Positions 41,642 through 52,879 of a DNA stretch of 64,000 bases are shown here, in pieces (the first letter of the stretch is position 1; every line of letters begins with the position of its first letter). The notes under the pieces are model-generated. The model saw only the letters and a program-made list of their open reading frames with translations, did not search any database and was not told where the DNA came from. Source of the stretch: a plasmid. The stretch is taken from sequence record NZ_LC532224.1, one strand, 5' to 3'. The position numbers and the translations under genes were made by a program.

Positions 41642-42775
41642 TTAAGGCTTAAGGATAACCTTCGTCCATCCTTCATCCCGCTCATCGAAGTGCTTATATC
41701 CGGCAGGAGCCTCTTCAAGCGAAAGACGATGAGAAATTATTTTGCCCGGACTGGCTTTATCGTGATGGATGAGGCGAGACAGCTGACGGTTATAGGCCTT
41801 AACGTTCGCCTGGCCGGTACGGATTGCCTGTCCTTTAAACCAGAAACTCCCAAAATCAAATGGCATCTTACCCTCTCTGGCAAGCTCCGATTCAGCCCCC
41901 GGATCCTGAGGAATAAAGACGCCAACCACACCAATTCCCCCGGTTGCTTTCGTCGACGCAACAAGACTGTTCATGGTAACAGAGTTATCTTCATGGCCAT
42001 GTTTGTTACAGCACTGATAGCCAACACATTCGCAGCCACAATCCGTACCGCGTCCATCCGTCAGGTCGAGAATTTTTTGTACAGCTTCATCGCCAGTAGC
42101 ATTGATGCCCGTCGCCCCCATTTTTTCAGCCAGAGCCAACCGGTCTGTGTGCGTATCAACCACAAACACCTGTGAAGCACCTTTAATGATCGCCGAATGA
42201 GCTGCCATCAAACCGACCGGCCCCGCGCCATAAATGGCCACGCTTTCACCAGGCTTCAATCCGGCAAGTTCTGTTGCATGCCAGCCGGTAGGAAAAATGT
42301 CAGAGAGCATCACATAATCATCTTCTTTTTCTGCCGCATCAGGGGGAAGAACAAGGCAGTTAAAGTCGGCAAATGGCACCCGAAGAAGTTCCGCCTGACC
42401 TCCCTCCCAGGGACCCATTTCAGCAAAACCATAAGCTGCGCCTGCCGTACCCGGATTGGTAGTGAGACAAAAGCCGGTCAGACCTTTTTCACAGTTTTCG
42501 CAAAAACCACATCCCACGTTAAACGGCAGACAAACATAGTCGCCCACCTTAATACGTTCAACGCCTGAGCCAATTTCGACCACTTCACCCAGGTTTTCGT
42601 GACCCAGAATCCGTCCCTGTTCAAAGCTGGTCCGGCCCTCATACATGTGCAAGTCCGACCCACAAATGTTGGTGGTGGTGATGCGGACGAGTACATCCGT
42701 GGGGCGGACAATTTTCGCATCCGGTACGTCTTTTACTTTTACATCATAAGGACCGTTGTAAATTACTGCTTTCAT
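41642..42775 (-). CDS. fdhA: Glutathione-independent formaldehyde dehydrogenase (Zn-dependent, FdhA-like).
   Basis: MKAVIYNGPYDVKVKDVPDAKIVRPTDVLVRITTTNICGSDLHMYEGRT… shows Zn-ADH motifs. AAGGAG RBS. Confidence 0.8.
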   Translation of the reverse strand: MKAVIYNGPYDVKVKDVPDAKIVRPTDVLVRITTTNICGSDLHMYEGRTSFEQGRILGHENLGEVVEIGSGVERIKVGDYVCLPFNVGCGFCENCEKGLTGFCLTTNPGTAGAAYGFAEMGPWEGGQAELLRVPFADFNCLVLPPDAAEKEDDYVMLSDIFPTGWHATELAGLKPGESVAIYGAGPVGLMAAHSAIIKGASQVFVVDTHTDRLALAEKMGATGINATGDEAVQKILDLTDGRGTDCGCECVGYQCCNKHGHEDNSVTMNSLVASTKATGGIGVVGVFIPQDPGAESELAREGKMPFDFGSFWFKGQAIRTGQANVKAYNRQLSRLIHHDKASPGKIISHRLSLEEAPAGYKHFDERDEGWTKVILKP

Positions 42776-43206
42776 GATCTTCTCCTTCTTGCGTGCGGAA
42801 AGGAAATGCTGCCCCGCGGATTGGGGTATCAATCGAGTTTAGCTGCCATAACAGATCTCGCGATCGGCGAAAGGACGATTAGGATGTTTCTTAACTAAGT
42901 GCATTGAAGTCTGTAAGACAGGTACTTACCGATGAAGGCTGCCTGGAAAACGTAAAAACATCACACGTTAATCCGGTTTTTTTAAGCAGGCAAGGGATTA
43001 CGGACAGCTTTGAGCGAGAAGCGGATAAAGTAAATCTATCTCATTTCTGCATTGTGCCAGAAGTAGACATAGGTGAATTAGGTAACCCTAGAGATGCACT
43101 TTGAATCAATGATATGAAATGCTGAAAAGGTAATTAACTAATTCAAAATTTGAATAATCAGTTATCTCTTCCATGCTTAATACGTAACCTTAGCTAAGGA
43201 GAAATT

Positions 43207-43533
43207 ATGTTAGACGAATACAAAAAATGCATCGAAGCCTGTTATCTATGTGCAACGGCATGTGATAACTGTGCGGCTTCGTGTCTCGACGAAGAGAATC
43301 TGGAGATGATGCGCGAGTGCATAAAACTGGATATGCAGTGTGCAAATATCTGCCGTCTTGCAGCTCAATTCATGACACTAAATAGCGGGTCTGCCCAGGA
43401 TCTTTGCCGTCTTTGCGCTGATGTTTGTCAGAAGTGCGGTGACGAGTGTGGAAAGCATGAACATGACCATTGTCAGGATTGCTCAAGCGCTTGTCATCAC
43501 TGCGCCGAACAATGCAGAAAGATGGCCGCCTGA
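43207..43533 (+). CDS. Cys-rich four-helix-bundle copper-binding protein (DUF326, Csp/YhjQ-like).
   Basis: 108 aa with many regularly spaced Cys (CxxxC) in predicted helices. Confidence 0.65.
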   Translation: MLDEYKKCIEACYLCATACDNCAASCLDEENLEMMRECIKLDMQCANICRLAAQFMTLNSGSAQDLCRLCADVCQKCGDECGKHEHDHCQDCSSACHHCAEQCRKMAA

Positions 43534-43550
43534 GAAAAACTCAAATTACC

Positions 43551-43574
43551 AAACCCGCTTCGGCGGGGTTTTAT
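43551..43574 (+). terminator. Rho-independent terminator after the csp-like gene.
   Basis: aacccgc-ttcg-gcggggtt followed by a T-tract. Confidence 0.6.
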
Positions 43575-43884
43575 ATTCCCGGTAATAAGTCGTAGAAGGA
43601 TGAGATAGATGAGTTTAAGAGTACGGGCGGGAAATAGATCTACTCGAAAGTACTAGCCTCAATGACAAATTCTGGCACAGATTATTTGATTGGCTCAATG
43701 TCCGTTTTCGCTGACAGCGGACTGCACCCCGCCGGGGTGACCGCTTCGTGCCAGAATTGGACGTTTCCAAAATCTGCATGCACTAATCGGTGGAGAGCAG
43801 ATCTCACTGCATAGCCATGCAGACGCGCAGAAATCATCAGGGGCGTTTGAAAGGTGCCGGAAACAGGCGGGAGGCCGCAGAAAC

Positions 43885-44578
43885 GTGCTGAGGGCGCCTG
43901 CGGCGGTGCGCCCAAGGGTTGTTATGTTTAATATGGCAGAACTTTCCTGTCGCTATCATTTTGACGCCCGCTATTCGCTCATAGATATGCCTGTCGCGTT
44001 TGCGGCTTTACTTGTTATACCCAACCTGCCTGATTTTTATCGCCAGCATCCCGGAATTGAAATTATCCTGAGCAGCTCAGACCGCCGACGGAATATGCTG
44101 CATGATGGCCTGGACTGCATACTGAGGGTGGGGGAGCTGGACGATGGCGACTATATCGCAAAGGAGGTGGGAACCGTTAAAATGACGACCTGCGCCAGTC
44201 CTGCGTATCTTGATCAACACGGCACCCCGGAAACAATGGACGAGTTGCAGCAGCATCAGGCCGTCAACTGGATTAACAGCAGCAACAGACAAGTTATGCC
44301 CTGGACATTCGGGACGTCAGAGGGCTCCACCGAAATTGAACTTCCAGGCAGGCTTGTCGTGGATAACTCAGAAGCCTACATTGCAGCAGGCCTGGCGGGG
44401 CTGGGAATACTACAGGGCATGAATATTTTTTTGCAGCCTTATCTCGATCGCGGGCTGTTGGTAGAGGTTCTGCCAGATAATACGTCCCCGAATCGCAAAC
44501 TGTAACTTCTGTATCCGCACCGCCATCTCTCCCGAAAAGTACGGGCGTTTACCGACTGGCTGGAAAGTTTATTGTAAA
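43885..44578 (+). pseudogene. LysR-family regulator remnant. Only the substrate-binding domain is present: the HTH is missing and there is a 3' frameshift.
   Basis: A LysR C-terminal domain without the N-terminal HTH. The conserved C-terminal tail (…RAFTDWLESLL) is in another frame. Confidence 0.6.
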
Positions 44579-44618
44579 CGCCTGGGGGCCTGCAGCCTGC
44601 TGGTACGTGCGCTGCCTT

Positions 44619-45278
44619 TTATCGGCCCGCCAGCTTCTGTATGGCTTCACGGACAGGAGCATCGCCAGACGTCAGCTCAATGATGACGCGGCTGACGGCA
44701 GGTTGCTCAATGAGTTCAGCCAGCGTAGCCGCCACGTCATCACGGGGCACGTTACCATACGGGATGGCCAGGCCGGCACGTACATAACCCGTACCAGTCT
44801 TATCCTGCAGCGCGCCGGGGCGCAGGATCACCCAGTCAAGCTCGCTTTGTGCTAGTTCCACATCGGCCATTTTTTTAACACGCATATAATTTTCGAATGA
44901 TTCAGAAGTGGTTTCTCCCCGTGCGGACTCCGGGAATGCAGAAACGAGCAGAAAGCGAGACACACCGGCACTGAGGGCGGCAGCTACCGACTTTTTCAGC
45001 CCTTCGCCGTCGACCGCATTGGTCATCTCCTGTCCCCCCTTACCGCCGGCACCGGCAGTAAACACCACTGTATCACTACCTGCAAAGTGCATCGCCAGCG
45101 CAGCTGCATCCAGCTCTGTCAGGCTCCCACTGACGGGCTCAGCACCCAGCTCGCCTAGCAATGCCTGCTGCTCTGGCTTACGGTAGAGGGCACGAACAGC
45201 ATGCCCCCTACCTGAAAGGATCCTGCACAGACGCTGGCCGATTTTGCCTGCACCACCGATAATGAAAACATGAACCAC
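44619..45278 (-). CDS. NAD(P)-binding atypical SDR / NmrA-like protein.
   Basis: MVHVFIIGGAGKIGQRL Rossmann motif. Confidence 0.7.
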   Translation of the reverse strand: MVHVFIIGGAGKIGQRLCRILSGRGHAVRALYRKPEQQALLGELGAEPVSGSLTELDAAALAMHFAGSDTVVFTAGAGGKGGQEMTNAVDGEGLKKSVAAALSAGVSRFLLVSAFPESARGETTSESFENYMRVKKMADVELAQSELDWVILRPGALQDKTGTGYVRAGLAIPYGNVPRDDVAATLAELIEQPAVSRVIIELTSGDAPVREAIQKLAGR

Positions 45279-45572
45279 AGTTGTCTCCTTCTGGGGTTAT
45301 GATGTGTCCGAAATTATAACCTGACATCAGGTCAGTTCCTTTGAGCCTGACCGATTGCACTGCATGCTGCTGCCAGCACCAGACAGCTGGTCAGATACTC
45401 AGTTGTTCTTATAGCTGAGAACAACAGCCGTACCGATTTAGCTCTCCCGTCACGATGAGAACTCCTGAACCGGTTACACGCAATGCCGGCCAATATCTTC
45501 CGTTATATTCGAAAGATCCACGCAAGTTACTGAAGTGCGAGGGACGCAATGTGTACCTTGAACGAACTGAAG

Positions 45573-46415
45573 TCAGCGGAACCCTGAAGGTTCGATTCCA
45601 TAGCGTTCAGAAAACTGCTTGCTGAAGCTCGATAGTGAATTGTAACCCACCCGCCCCGCGACCGTTTTTACCGGCAGCGTCGATGTCATCAGCAGGCGGA
45701 GAGCCTCCGCGATACGTGCATCGGCGATAACTGAGCGTAAGCTGGTTGACTCACTGGCCAGGTGGCGCCGAAGCGTGGGGCCACTGAGTCCCGTCAGATC
45801 TTCAATTTCAGCAGCACTCCAGGGATGAGCCGGTTTGTCCGCTACCATCTGACGGATTTTCATGGCCAGACTTGGCTGCCGGGCTCGCAGCAAAGCATGG
45901 TATCCCATGCCATAAAGCCAGAGCACCACTTCAACCATGGCGTGCAGGGAAAGCGGACGCTTCCCTTCCCGCATTGCGGCTGTCCAGCGGTTAAGGGGTG
46001 AAAGAAGAGCTGATACGGAAATGGCTGCGATGCTGCCGGTGTCCTGTGGTGGTGGTGCGGCAAGTAACAGCCTGGCTGCTTCAAGCTGTTCCTCCGCGAG
46101 CACCACGCTCAGGGCAACAAACTCACCACTTTGTTCTGAAGGGGCATATTCTATATCGATGCTACGGGCATTCGGGACGACCATAATCTCGCCCGGGATC
46201 ACCCGGTGCCATTTCTCATTTTCACGATACCGGAATTCTCCTTCCAGCGGGAAGGAAAGGGTCGCACCTTCCACCTCGAACTTCTTTACCTGATGCGTCT
46301 GTTCTGCGCGAAGGCAATCGCAGGGAAGTGGAAAACGGGAGCGTGCCAGGGTAAGAAGCTCAGCGAGGAGATCATCAACGGGAGAATCGGAAAAGCTGAC
46401 TGTTTGCATATTCAT
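45573..46415 (-). CDS. AraC/XylS-family transcriptional regulator.
   Basis: C-terminal double HTH (…LTGLSGPTLRRHLASESTSLRSVIADARIAEALRLLMTS…GYNSLSSFSKQFSERYGIEP). Confidence 0.75.
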   Translation of the reverse strand: MNMQTVSFSDSPVDDLLAELLTLARSRFPLPCDCLRAEQTHQVKKFEVEGATLSFPLEGEFRYRENEKWHRVIPGEIMVVPNARSIDIEYAPSEQSGEFVALSVVLAEEQLEAARLLLAAPPPQDTGSIAAISVSALLSPLNRWTAAMREGKRPLSLHAMVEVVLWLYGMGYHALLRARQPSLAMKIRQMVADKPAHPWSAAEIEDLTGLSGPTLRRHLASESTSLRSVIADARIAEALRLLMTSTLPVKTVAGRVGYNSLSSFSKQFSERYGIEPSGFR

Positions 46416-46484
46416 CCGGAATTTGACTTTGACCGCTATTATACGTCGCCATATACAAAAGCATACAGCGACGCGTGCGGTTGT

Positions 46485-47336
46485 CTATTCCCGGATGACA
46501 AAAATCAGGCCGATTATAGTTATTGCCATACCCACAAGCATGGGCAATGTAATGGCCTCTCCAAACAGCAACCACGCTTCAGCTGCCGTGAGAATGGGAA
46601 CCAGGTAAAAGTAAGTAGCGACTTTGGTTGCTTCACCGCTTCGTATCATAAAAATCAGCAACATAATCGCCAGAACCGATACGCCAATAACCAGCCAGCC
46701 CAGACCCAGCGCAAATGATAAGCTCCACTGCGTCGGAGCAGATTCGAACATCAGGCTAATTGCACCCATCGATATTGTCAAAGTGACGTACTGTAAAAAC
46801 GTGTTCGCAAAGATATGTCCATCTCCCTGAGCACGGCGCTGATAAAGCGCTCCGATCGTTACGCCAAATAACCCCAGCATGACCGACCCAAAAGCCACAG
46901 GATCCAGTGCAAAACTATGCTGGCCTGGCGAGAGCACCAGGAAAACGCCCGCAAAGCCAATCGCAATACCCAGCCATTTCCGGGGATGCAGGGACTGACG
47001 GTGCATGAGTGAAACCAGTATTGCAGTCAGTACCGGCTGCAGGCCGGTGATGAGCGCCACAATGCCTGACGGCATGCCACGATGGATGGCATAAAAGCAT
47101 CCGCCCAGAAAGAAGCTCTGCAGGAAAAGTCCGACAATCAGGTTGCGAACCATTCCTCTGCCGGACGGAAAACGGGCCCTGAACCCCAGTGTAAGCAGCA
47201 GAAGGACCAGACAGGAAAATGCGCCACGCAGGAATAAAAGATGAAACGGCGCGCTGTACTGCACGGTAAATTTGGCTGCGACAAACCCTGACTCCAGAGG
47301 AATACAAAAAGCCAGGGCGCAAGAGTAATGAGCCAT
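46485..47336 (-). CDS. DMT-superfamily (EamA-like) transporter.
   Basis: 283 aa with 10 TM helices. Confidence 0.7.
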   Translation of the reverse strand: MAHYSCALAFCIPLESGFVAAKFTVQYSAPFHLLFLRGAFSCLVLLLLTLGFRARFPSGRGMVRNLIVGLFLQSFFLGGCFYAIHRGMPSGIVALITGLQPVLTAILVSLMHRQSLHPRKWLGIAIGFAGVFLVLSPGQHSFALDPVAFGSVMLGLFGVTIGALYQRRAQGDGHIFANTFLQYVTLTISMGAISLMFESAPTQWSLSFALGLGWLVIGVSVLAIMLLIFMIRSGEATKVATYFYLVPILTAAEAWLLFGEAITLPMLVGMAITIIGLIFVIRE

Positions 47337-47442
47337 TTTTTTGTGAGGCAGTGATATTCATAGTATTGCAGGTGGGTTCTTGTCGGGCGATATGAAAGGG
47401 GATCTTCCCGGTCACTATTGTGTGCACCGGGAAGGAAGGTGA

Positions 47443-48318
47443 TCAGACTGCGGGTGACCACAGGTCGTAATTCAGTGCGAAGCTGTTACCTTCACGGATA
47501 ACCTTACCGGTAGTAGGCAGGTTGAAGTGCATACCACTGACAGCCAGGTTATCGCTCGCTGCGCGGTCAAGCACTTTGCTACGGATGGCCGCCGCCGCCG
47601 CAGGATCGCTGTCGAACGCGATAGTAACGTCAGGCTGAGCAACCTGAATGTGCGGGAAGTGAACAATATTACCCCAGATGAGCAGCGACTCTTTTTCATC
47701 ACCCAGCAGATAACCGGTATGTCCTGGTGTATGGCCGAACAGCGGTACAGTCTGAATACCTGGTAAAATCGCTTCCTCGCGGAATGGCACCAGTTTGTCG
47801 TCATAAGCGCTGAAGGCGTTCCTTGCTACTTCAAAGAACGGCTTGAATGCGTCAGGCGCGCCAGCGGAAATGGTTTCATCACGCCAGAAAGCGAGTTCTT
47901 TCTCATGCACAAACAACTGCTGAACATTGCGGAAAACGGGAGTCTGCAGGGGGCCTGCAAGCCCGCCGATATGGTCAGGATGCGCGTGAGTCAGGAGAAG
48001 GGTATCAATCTGAAGCGGGTCAATGCCTGCCGCGGCCAGGGCTACCTGAAGCCGACCGCCCCAGCCATTGATACCTCCGGCACCACTGTCAATCAGGATG
48101 GTTCGCTCAGGCGTCTGGATAACGTAGACGTTGATATTAATACGGGGTACTGCTGGCACACCGCGCTTCTGCAGTAAATCCTCGGCACGTGAGCCGTCAA
48201 TACCAGACAGCAGCTCAAAAGATACGTCCAGATAGCCATCACTCAGCATGGTCACAGTCATGTCACCTACTTTTTTGCGATTGATAGCCGGGGCCTGCCA
48301 GTTCAGTTGTGAAGTCAT
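47443..48318 (-). CDS. MBL-fold metallo-hydrolase.
   Basis: HAHPDHIGG metal-binding motif. Confidence 0.7.
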   Translation of the reverse strand: MTSQLNWQAPAINRKKVGDMTVTMLSDGYLDVSFELLSGIDGSRAEDLLQKRGVPAVPRININVYVIQTPERTILIDSGAGGINGWGGRLQVALAAAGIDPLQIDTLLLTHAHPDHIGGLAGPLQTPVFRNVQQLFVHEKELAFWRDETISAGAPDAFKPFFEVARNAFSAYDDKLVPFREEAILPGIQTVPLFGHTPGHTGYLLGDEKESLLIWGNIVHFPHIQVAQPDVTIAFDSDPAAAAAIRSKVLDRAASDNLAVSGMHFNLPTTGKVIREGNSFALNYDLWSPAV

Positions 48319-48400
48319 ATTGGTCTCCGTTACGATTAGAGGTCATCAGGTTTTACTTTAGCAATAGTAACGAAATTTCTGGTTCGAACTGCTCATCCTG

Positions 48401-49333
48401 CTACGTAAACCGCTCATTCTTAAAATCCGGAGCACAGCAGGTTATATTGCTTTTGCCTTTCTCATGTAAGGTGTCGGTATTATCTTTACCGGAGCCTGTA
48501 ATGGACATTATTGGAATTATCATGTCGGCGGGAAAAGCCTCTGACCAGTCCTCAAGCACCCGACAATAGTGTCCCGCCTCAATCCCCGCCAGGGCAGAAG
48601 ACTCCGGCAGGTAGGCCAGGCCGTAGCCATCTTTTACTGCCTGAAGCATTGGATAAATGCTTGAAAAAGTAAGCTGCCCGTCCACTTTTTTCACAATCTC
48701 CCCCTGCCTGACAAATTCCCAGCCATACAGCGGGCCTGTGGGTGACAGACGTATATTGATGCAGTCATGTTTTTCCAGCTGAGAGGGATGTAGCGGCAGA
48801 CCTCTTTCTGCAAGATAGGTGGACGATCCAATGACGACAAACCGTATGTCCGGTGCGATTCGGACGGCCACCATATCCTTTAATATGTCATCACCAATTC
48901 GGACTCCGGCATCAAAATTGCCCTCAACAATGTCGACAAAACCGTTCTGCTGCGACATTTCCACCTTGATATCCGAATATTTTTTTAGTAACGGTGACAA
49001 TCGTGGCCAGAGACATTCATGAATCATGTGATCTGATACCGTAAGTCTGACCAGCCCAGCCGGTGTATGGCGCAGTCTCTGAAGAGCTGTCACGCCCGCT
49101 TCAATGCGCGCAAGACCGGGTTCAAGCGTCAGTAATAATTGTTTACCGGCTTCGGTGACAGCCACCCGCCTGGTTGTACGCATAAGTAACGGCATGCCAA
49201 CGCGCTCCTCGAGACGACGTATCGTGTGTGAAAGCGTGGATGCCGAGATCCCGAGGCGGACAGCAGCCCGTGAAAAACTGCACTCCTGTGCTACTGCCAT
49301 GAATGCAACATAGTCATTAAAATCGTGACGCAT
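48401..49333 (-). CDS. LysR-family transcriptional regulator.
   Basis: N-terminal HTH (FMAVAQECSFSRAAVRLGISASTLSHTIRRLE) plus the substrate-binding domain. Confidence 0.75.
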   Translation of the reverse strand: MRHDFNDYVAFMAVAQECSFSRAAVRLGISASTLSHTIRRLEERVGMPLLMRTTRRVAVTEAGKQLLLTLEPGLARIEAGVTALQRLRHTPAGLVRLTVSDHMIHECLWPRLSPLLKKYSDIKVEMSQQNGFVDIVEGNFDAGVRIGDDILKDMVAVRIAPDIRFVVIGSSTYLAERGLPLHPSQLEKHDCINIRLSPTGPLYGWEFVRQGEIVKKVDGQLTFSSIYPMLQAVKDGYGLAYLPESSALAGIEAGHYCRVLEDWSEAFPADMIIPIMSITGSGKDNTDTLHEKGKSNITCCAPDFKNERFT

Positions 49334-49593
49334 ACCGTTCCCGTTCAGGATCTCCGATAACATTATCAGAACCATTTAGGTTCATGATGCCGATTCTGTG
49401 AGCCATCAGGCAACCCCCCCGTTCCGCTCATCCGATCATAATTTTTATAAATCTAGATATTGGTAAATCTCAATATGTGGAATAAAGTGTCGTGGTTCTG
49501 CGGCTACATCGGCCGAACGACGACATGCCAGGTCGTAAATGCTGAGACATGGCGTTTCAGTGATATTGAAAATTCGCTATATCAGGATATGTA

Positions 49594-50718
49594 ATGAAGA
49601 CGAAAAACCTGTTCTCTCCCACCAGACTAGGTCCCTACACCCTGAAGAATCGTGTTGTACTTCCGCCTTTAACCCGCTCACGGAGCTCACAACCGGGTGA
49701 TATTCCGAACGAACTGATGGCTGAATATTACGCACAGCGCAGCAGTGCCGGGTTTATGGTGACCGAAGGAACACAAATCGAACCTCGTGGGCAGGGTTAT
49801 GCGTGGACCCCGGGGATCTACAGCTCACGGCAAGTGGAAGGCTGGAAGAAAGTGACGCGGGCAGTGCATGAAAAAGAAGGCATCATTTTTGCCCAGCTCT
49901 GGCATGTCGGAAGAGTATCCCATAACTCCCTGCAGCCATGTAACGCCTCGCCTGTCGCTCCGTCGGCGATACCGGCAGGGGAAAACGTTAAGGTATTCAT
50001 CGAAACCGGGCCGGGAGAGGGTGCGCTGGCTACCGCTTCCTGCCCCCGCGCACTGGAAAAAGAGGAAATTAGTGAGATTGTCAGGATGTACGCCGGGGCA
50101 GCTCAGAACGCCCTTGATGCCGGTTTTGACGGTGTGGAAATTCACTGTGCAAATGGATACCTGGTTAACCAGTTCATGTCATCCCATAGCAACAAAAGAG
50201 AGGATGAATATGGTGGCTCATTACATAACCGGCTGCGGTTTCTGCGCGAAGTGACGCAGGCTGTCGCTGATGTGGTCGGTAAAGACCGTGTGGGAGTCCG
50301 TTTTGCTCCGCTCTTTCAGACCACGGATGAAGTAAGGGTCTATCTTGGCCTGGTGGAAGATGATCCCCATGAAACCTATACCGAAGCCGTTAAAATTCTT
50401 GAAGAAATCGGAATAGCCTATATTTCTCTTGCTGAAGCCGACTGGGATGATGCTCCCGAATTGCCTGAAGCATTCAGAGCTGAAGTCCGTAAGTTATTCA
50501 GCGGTGTAATTATGTATGCCGGGCGATATACGCAAGAAAAAGCCGAACGGATTATCGGTGCTGGCTGGGGAGACATTATCGGATTTGGCCGCCCGTTCAT
50601 AGCTAATCCGGATTTACCGCAGCGCCTTTATCATGAATGGCCACTGAATCCGGTCGATCCAACAACCATGTATGGTGGAACGGCAAAAGGCTACACAGAT
50701 TATCCCGCCTTTGGCTAA
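49594..50718 (+). CDS. Old-yellow-enzyme family NADH:flavin oxidoreductase (NemA-like alkene reductase).
   Basis: Global similarity to N-ethylmaleimide reductase (…HCANGYLVNQFMS…). Confidence 0.8.
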   Translation: MKTKNLFSPTRLGPYTLKNRVVLPPLTRSRSSQPGDIPNELMAEYYAQRSSAGFMVTEGTQIEPRGQGYAWTPGIYSSRQVEGWKKVTRAVHEKEGIIFAQLWHVGRVSHNSLQPCNASPVAPSAIPAGENVKVFIETGPGEGALATASCPRALEKEEISEIVRMYAGAAQNALDAGFDGVEIHCANGYLVNQFMSSHSNKREDEYGGSLHNRLRFLREVTQAVADVVGKDRVGVRFAPLFQTTDEVRVYLGLVEDDPHETYTEAVKILEEIGIAYISLAEADWDDAPELPEAFRAEVRKLFSGVIMYAGRYTQEKAERIIGAGWGDIIGFGRPFIANPDLPQRLYHEWPLNPVDPTTMYGGTAKGYTDYPAFG

Positions 50719-50792
50719 CCATTCTTATGAGCATCAGCTTTTCAAAAGCTGATGCTTAACGTAGAGAAGTATCGTAACATTGCAATTCCTCA

Positions 50793-51122
50793 ATGCGACA
50801 AGTGACAGAGTTTATGCCTGATATTGATTTGAATGACGTGATTAAGGCGCTGGGAAACCCTGTTAGAAGAAAAATTCTGCATATGCTCAAGGAACCGAAA
50901 ATACACTTCCATCAGCCTTATGCTGATGCGGACGAGTTCGGTGTGTGTGTCAGTATCATTCAGGAAAAGGTCGGGCTCTCACAGTCTACCGTTTCTCTTT
51001 ACCTCTCAGCTCTTCAACGGGCACAACTTGTTACTTCTCAGCGCATCGGTCCCTGGACGTACTACAAACGTGACAATGATAAAATAAGGGTTGTTCTTGA
51101 GTTGCTGAAAAATACAATCTGA
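50793..51122 (+). CDS. ArsR/SmtB-family HTH regulator.
   Basis: ALGNPVRRKILHML…LSQSTVSLYLSALQRAQLV. Confidence 0.65.
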   Translation: MRQVTEFMPDIDLNDVIKALGNPVRRKILHMLKEPKIHFHQPYADADEFGVCVSIIQEKVGLSQSTVSLYLSALQRAQLVTSQRIGPWTYYKRDNDKIRVVLELLKNTI

Positions 51123-51653
51123 TACAGGACTGAGCACATTCAGTGTAACAGTACCGGGGGTTCGTACTTGCGATCCCGGCAGGCATTCCATGAAAGCGCA
51201 CTAATTCCTCAATATCAGGCTGCAGACCGGTCATAAGAGGCTAATAGTTTTGCAAAATATCCACCAGTTTGGGTCAAATCACTCTGTCGGTTGGTGTGCA
51301 TACTCGGTGCAAGGACCTGCAGATATTTAAGATGGCGGATAGCTTGTTACAGTGCCGCTGATGACATTCCGACCCTGTTGCCGTCCGGGTAAGATAATAC
51401 CTCTGACAGCGGTCATAAAAGCCCAACATAATTGTCTTTCGAGCCATATATTAATCGCTCATCGCGCTCTCTTTTTCGAAGAGGTGTCACTTAATCATGA
51501 TCGGTCAGTACAAAAAGACAGTGCTTTTCCAAATTCCGGACGGTTGTATGCGAAAACGGTGAAGCTCAACAAATGGTGTCATCGCTGTGCAATGCTCTGC
51601 GGGCTCATTCTTTCAGTTAACTGTTTGGTTACAGCTTCAATGAAGTATTTCAG

Positions 51654-52439
51654 TTAATTCACAGCGAGGGTTTGAGGAAACCACGCTGTGATTACCCAAC
51701 GCTCATCCGGAGCATCCGGATTGAACTGTCGCTGGAGCTTGTTGGGCGACACGATACTGGCCTCGCCTTTACATGCCCTCGGGCTCCGGTATCCGACCTG
51801 AGCCTTTATCCCGACACGTTTCATCAGTCGCCAGACTCTGTTCACTCCGCACTGTTGCCCGCTGTCCCGCAGATCCAGATGGATTTTGCGATAACCATAG
51901 ACGCATCCCGATTCCAGCCAGAACTGTTTAATCTGTCCTGTCAGTCTCAGGTCTGCCTGATGGCGTTGTGAATGCGGCTGCTGAAGCCAGGCGTAAAAAC
52001 CACTGGGATGTTCATCCAGCACCCGACAGAGCAGGCGAACAGGCCAGCAATAGGTGTTGTCACGAATAAAGGCGTACCTCAGTCGGACAGCTTTGCGAAG
52101 TACGCCGCGGCTTTTTTTAATATGTCCCGTTCGTCGGTAACCCGCTTCAGCTCTTTCTGAAGACGGCGGATCTCGGCCTGAGCATCTGACTGTTCTTTAT
52201 TAGTGGAAGAATCCGGACCGTAGTTCTTTATCCAGGCGTAAAGGCTGTGGGTGGTGATATCGAGACGCGTTGCAACGCTGGCAACAGAATAACCGCGATC
52301 AACAACCTGTTTGACTGCTTCAATTTTAAACTCTTCAGGATAACGCTTACCGCTCATGGGCACCTCTCTTTAAGTCATCTTAAATGACTCTGAGGTGTCT
52401 GTTAAACCTGTGGCGATTCACCTCGCGTCCTTCCGTTCA
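51654..52439 (-). mobile_element. Truncated IS3-family element. orfA is intact and orfB is cut after about 110 codons. Only the orfA-side inverted repeat is present.
   Basis: orfA MPMSGKRYPEEFKIEAVKQVVDRGYSVASVATRLDITTHSLYAWIKNYG…. orfB ends …DERWVITAWFPQTLAVN* instead of WVTDITY…. Inverted repeat at 52364-52439. Confidence 0.8.
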
Positions 52440-52447
52440 GTATAGCC

Positions 52448-52876
52448 TCAGTCCCTGACACCACCCGAGAACGGAATGACGTCCCCTTTCTCCCTCCCGG
52501 TGTTGCGTTCAAGCTCCCTGACATACTGCTGTAAAAGTATAAGGTTATGTAACAGCTCTACATTTTCAGCCATCATCTTTTTGATTTCTTCCCTCAGCTC
52601 ATTTCTCTGACGGCGATACTTTTCTTTCAGCTTGATCTGCTGCTCAATGCCCTGCTCATCAACCGGCGCGGTGCCCTGGCACGTTTTTTTCAGACTGCGG
52701 ATAGCCTCCCTGACCTGCCTGTACTCAGGACAGTTATAATTCAGGGTGCCGTTTGCCAGCCCCGCTCGTTTTTCCACAGCATACTGGCTGATACGCTCCC
52801 CTGATAACATCAGTTCCCTCAGGGCCTGCTCTGCTCTTGCCTGTGTTTTTTTAACCCCCGACTGTTCGTTCGTCAT
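52448..52876 (-). CDS. Small coiled-coil protein (142 aa), TnpC-like accessory gene of the recombinase module.
   Basis: Terminal gene after three recombinases. Its start lies 4 bp after the upstream stop. Confidence 0.5.
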   Translation of the reverse strand: MTNEQSGVKKTQARAEQALRELMLSGERISQYAVEKRAGLANGTLNYNCPEYRQVREAIRSLKKTCQGTAPVDEQGIEQQIKLKEKYRRQRNELREEIKKMMAENVELLHNLILLQQYVRELERNTGREKGDVIPFSGGVRD

Positions 52877-52879
52877 GCT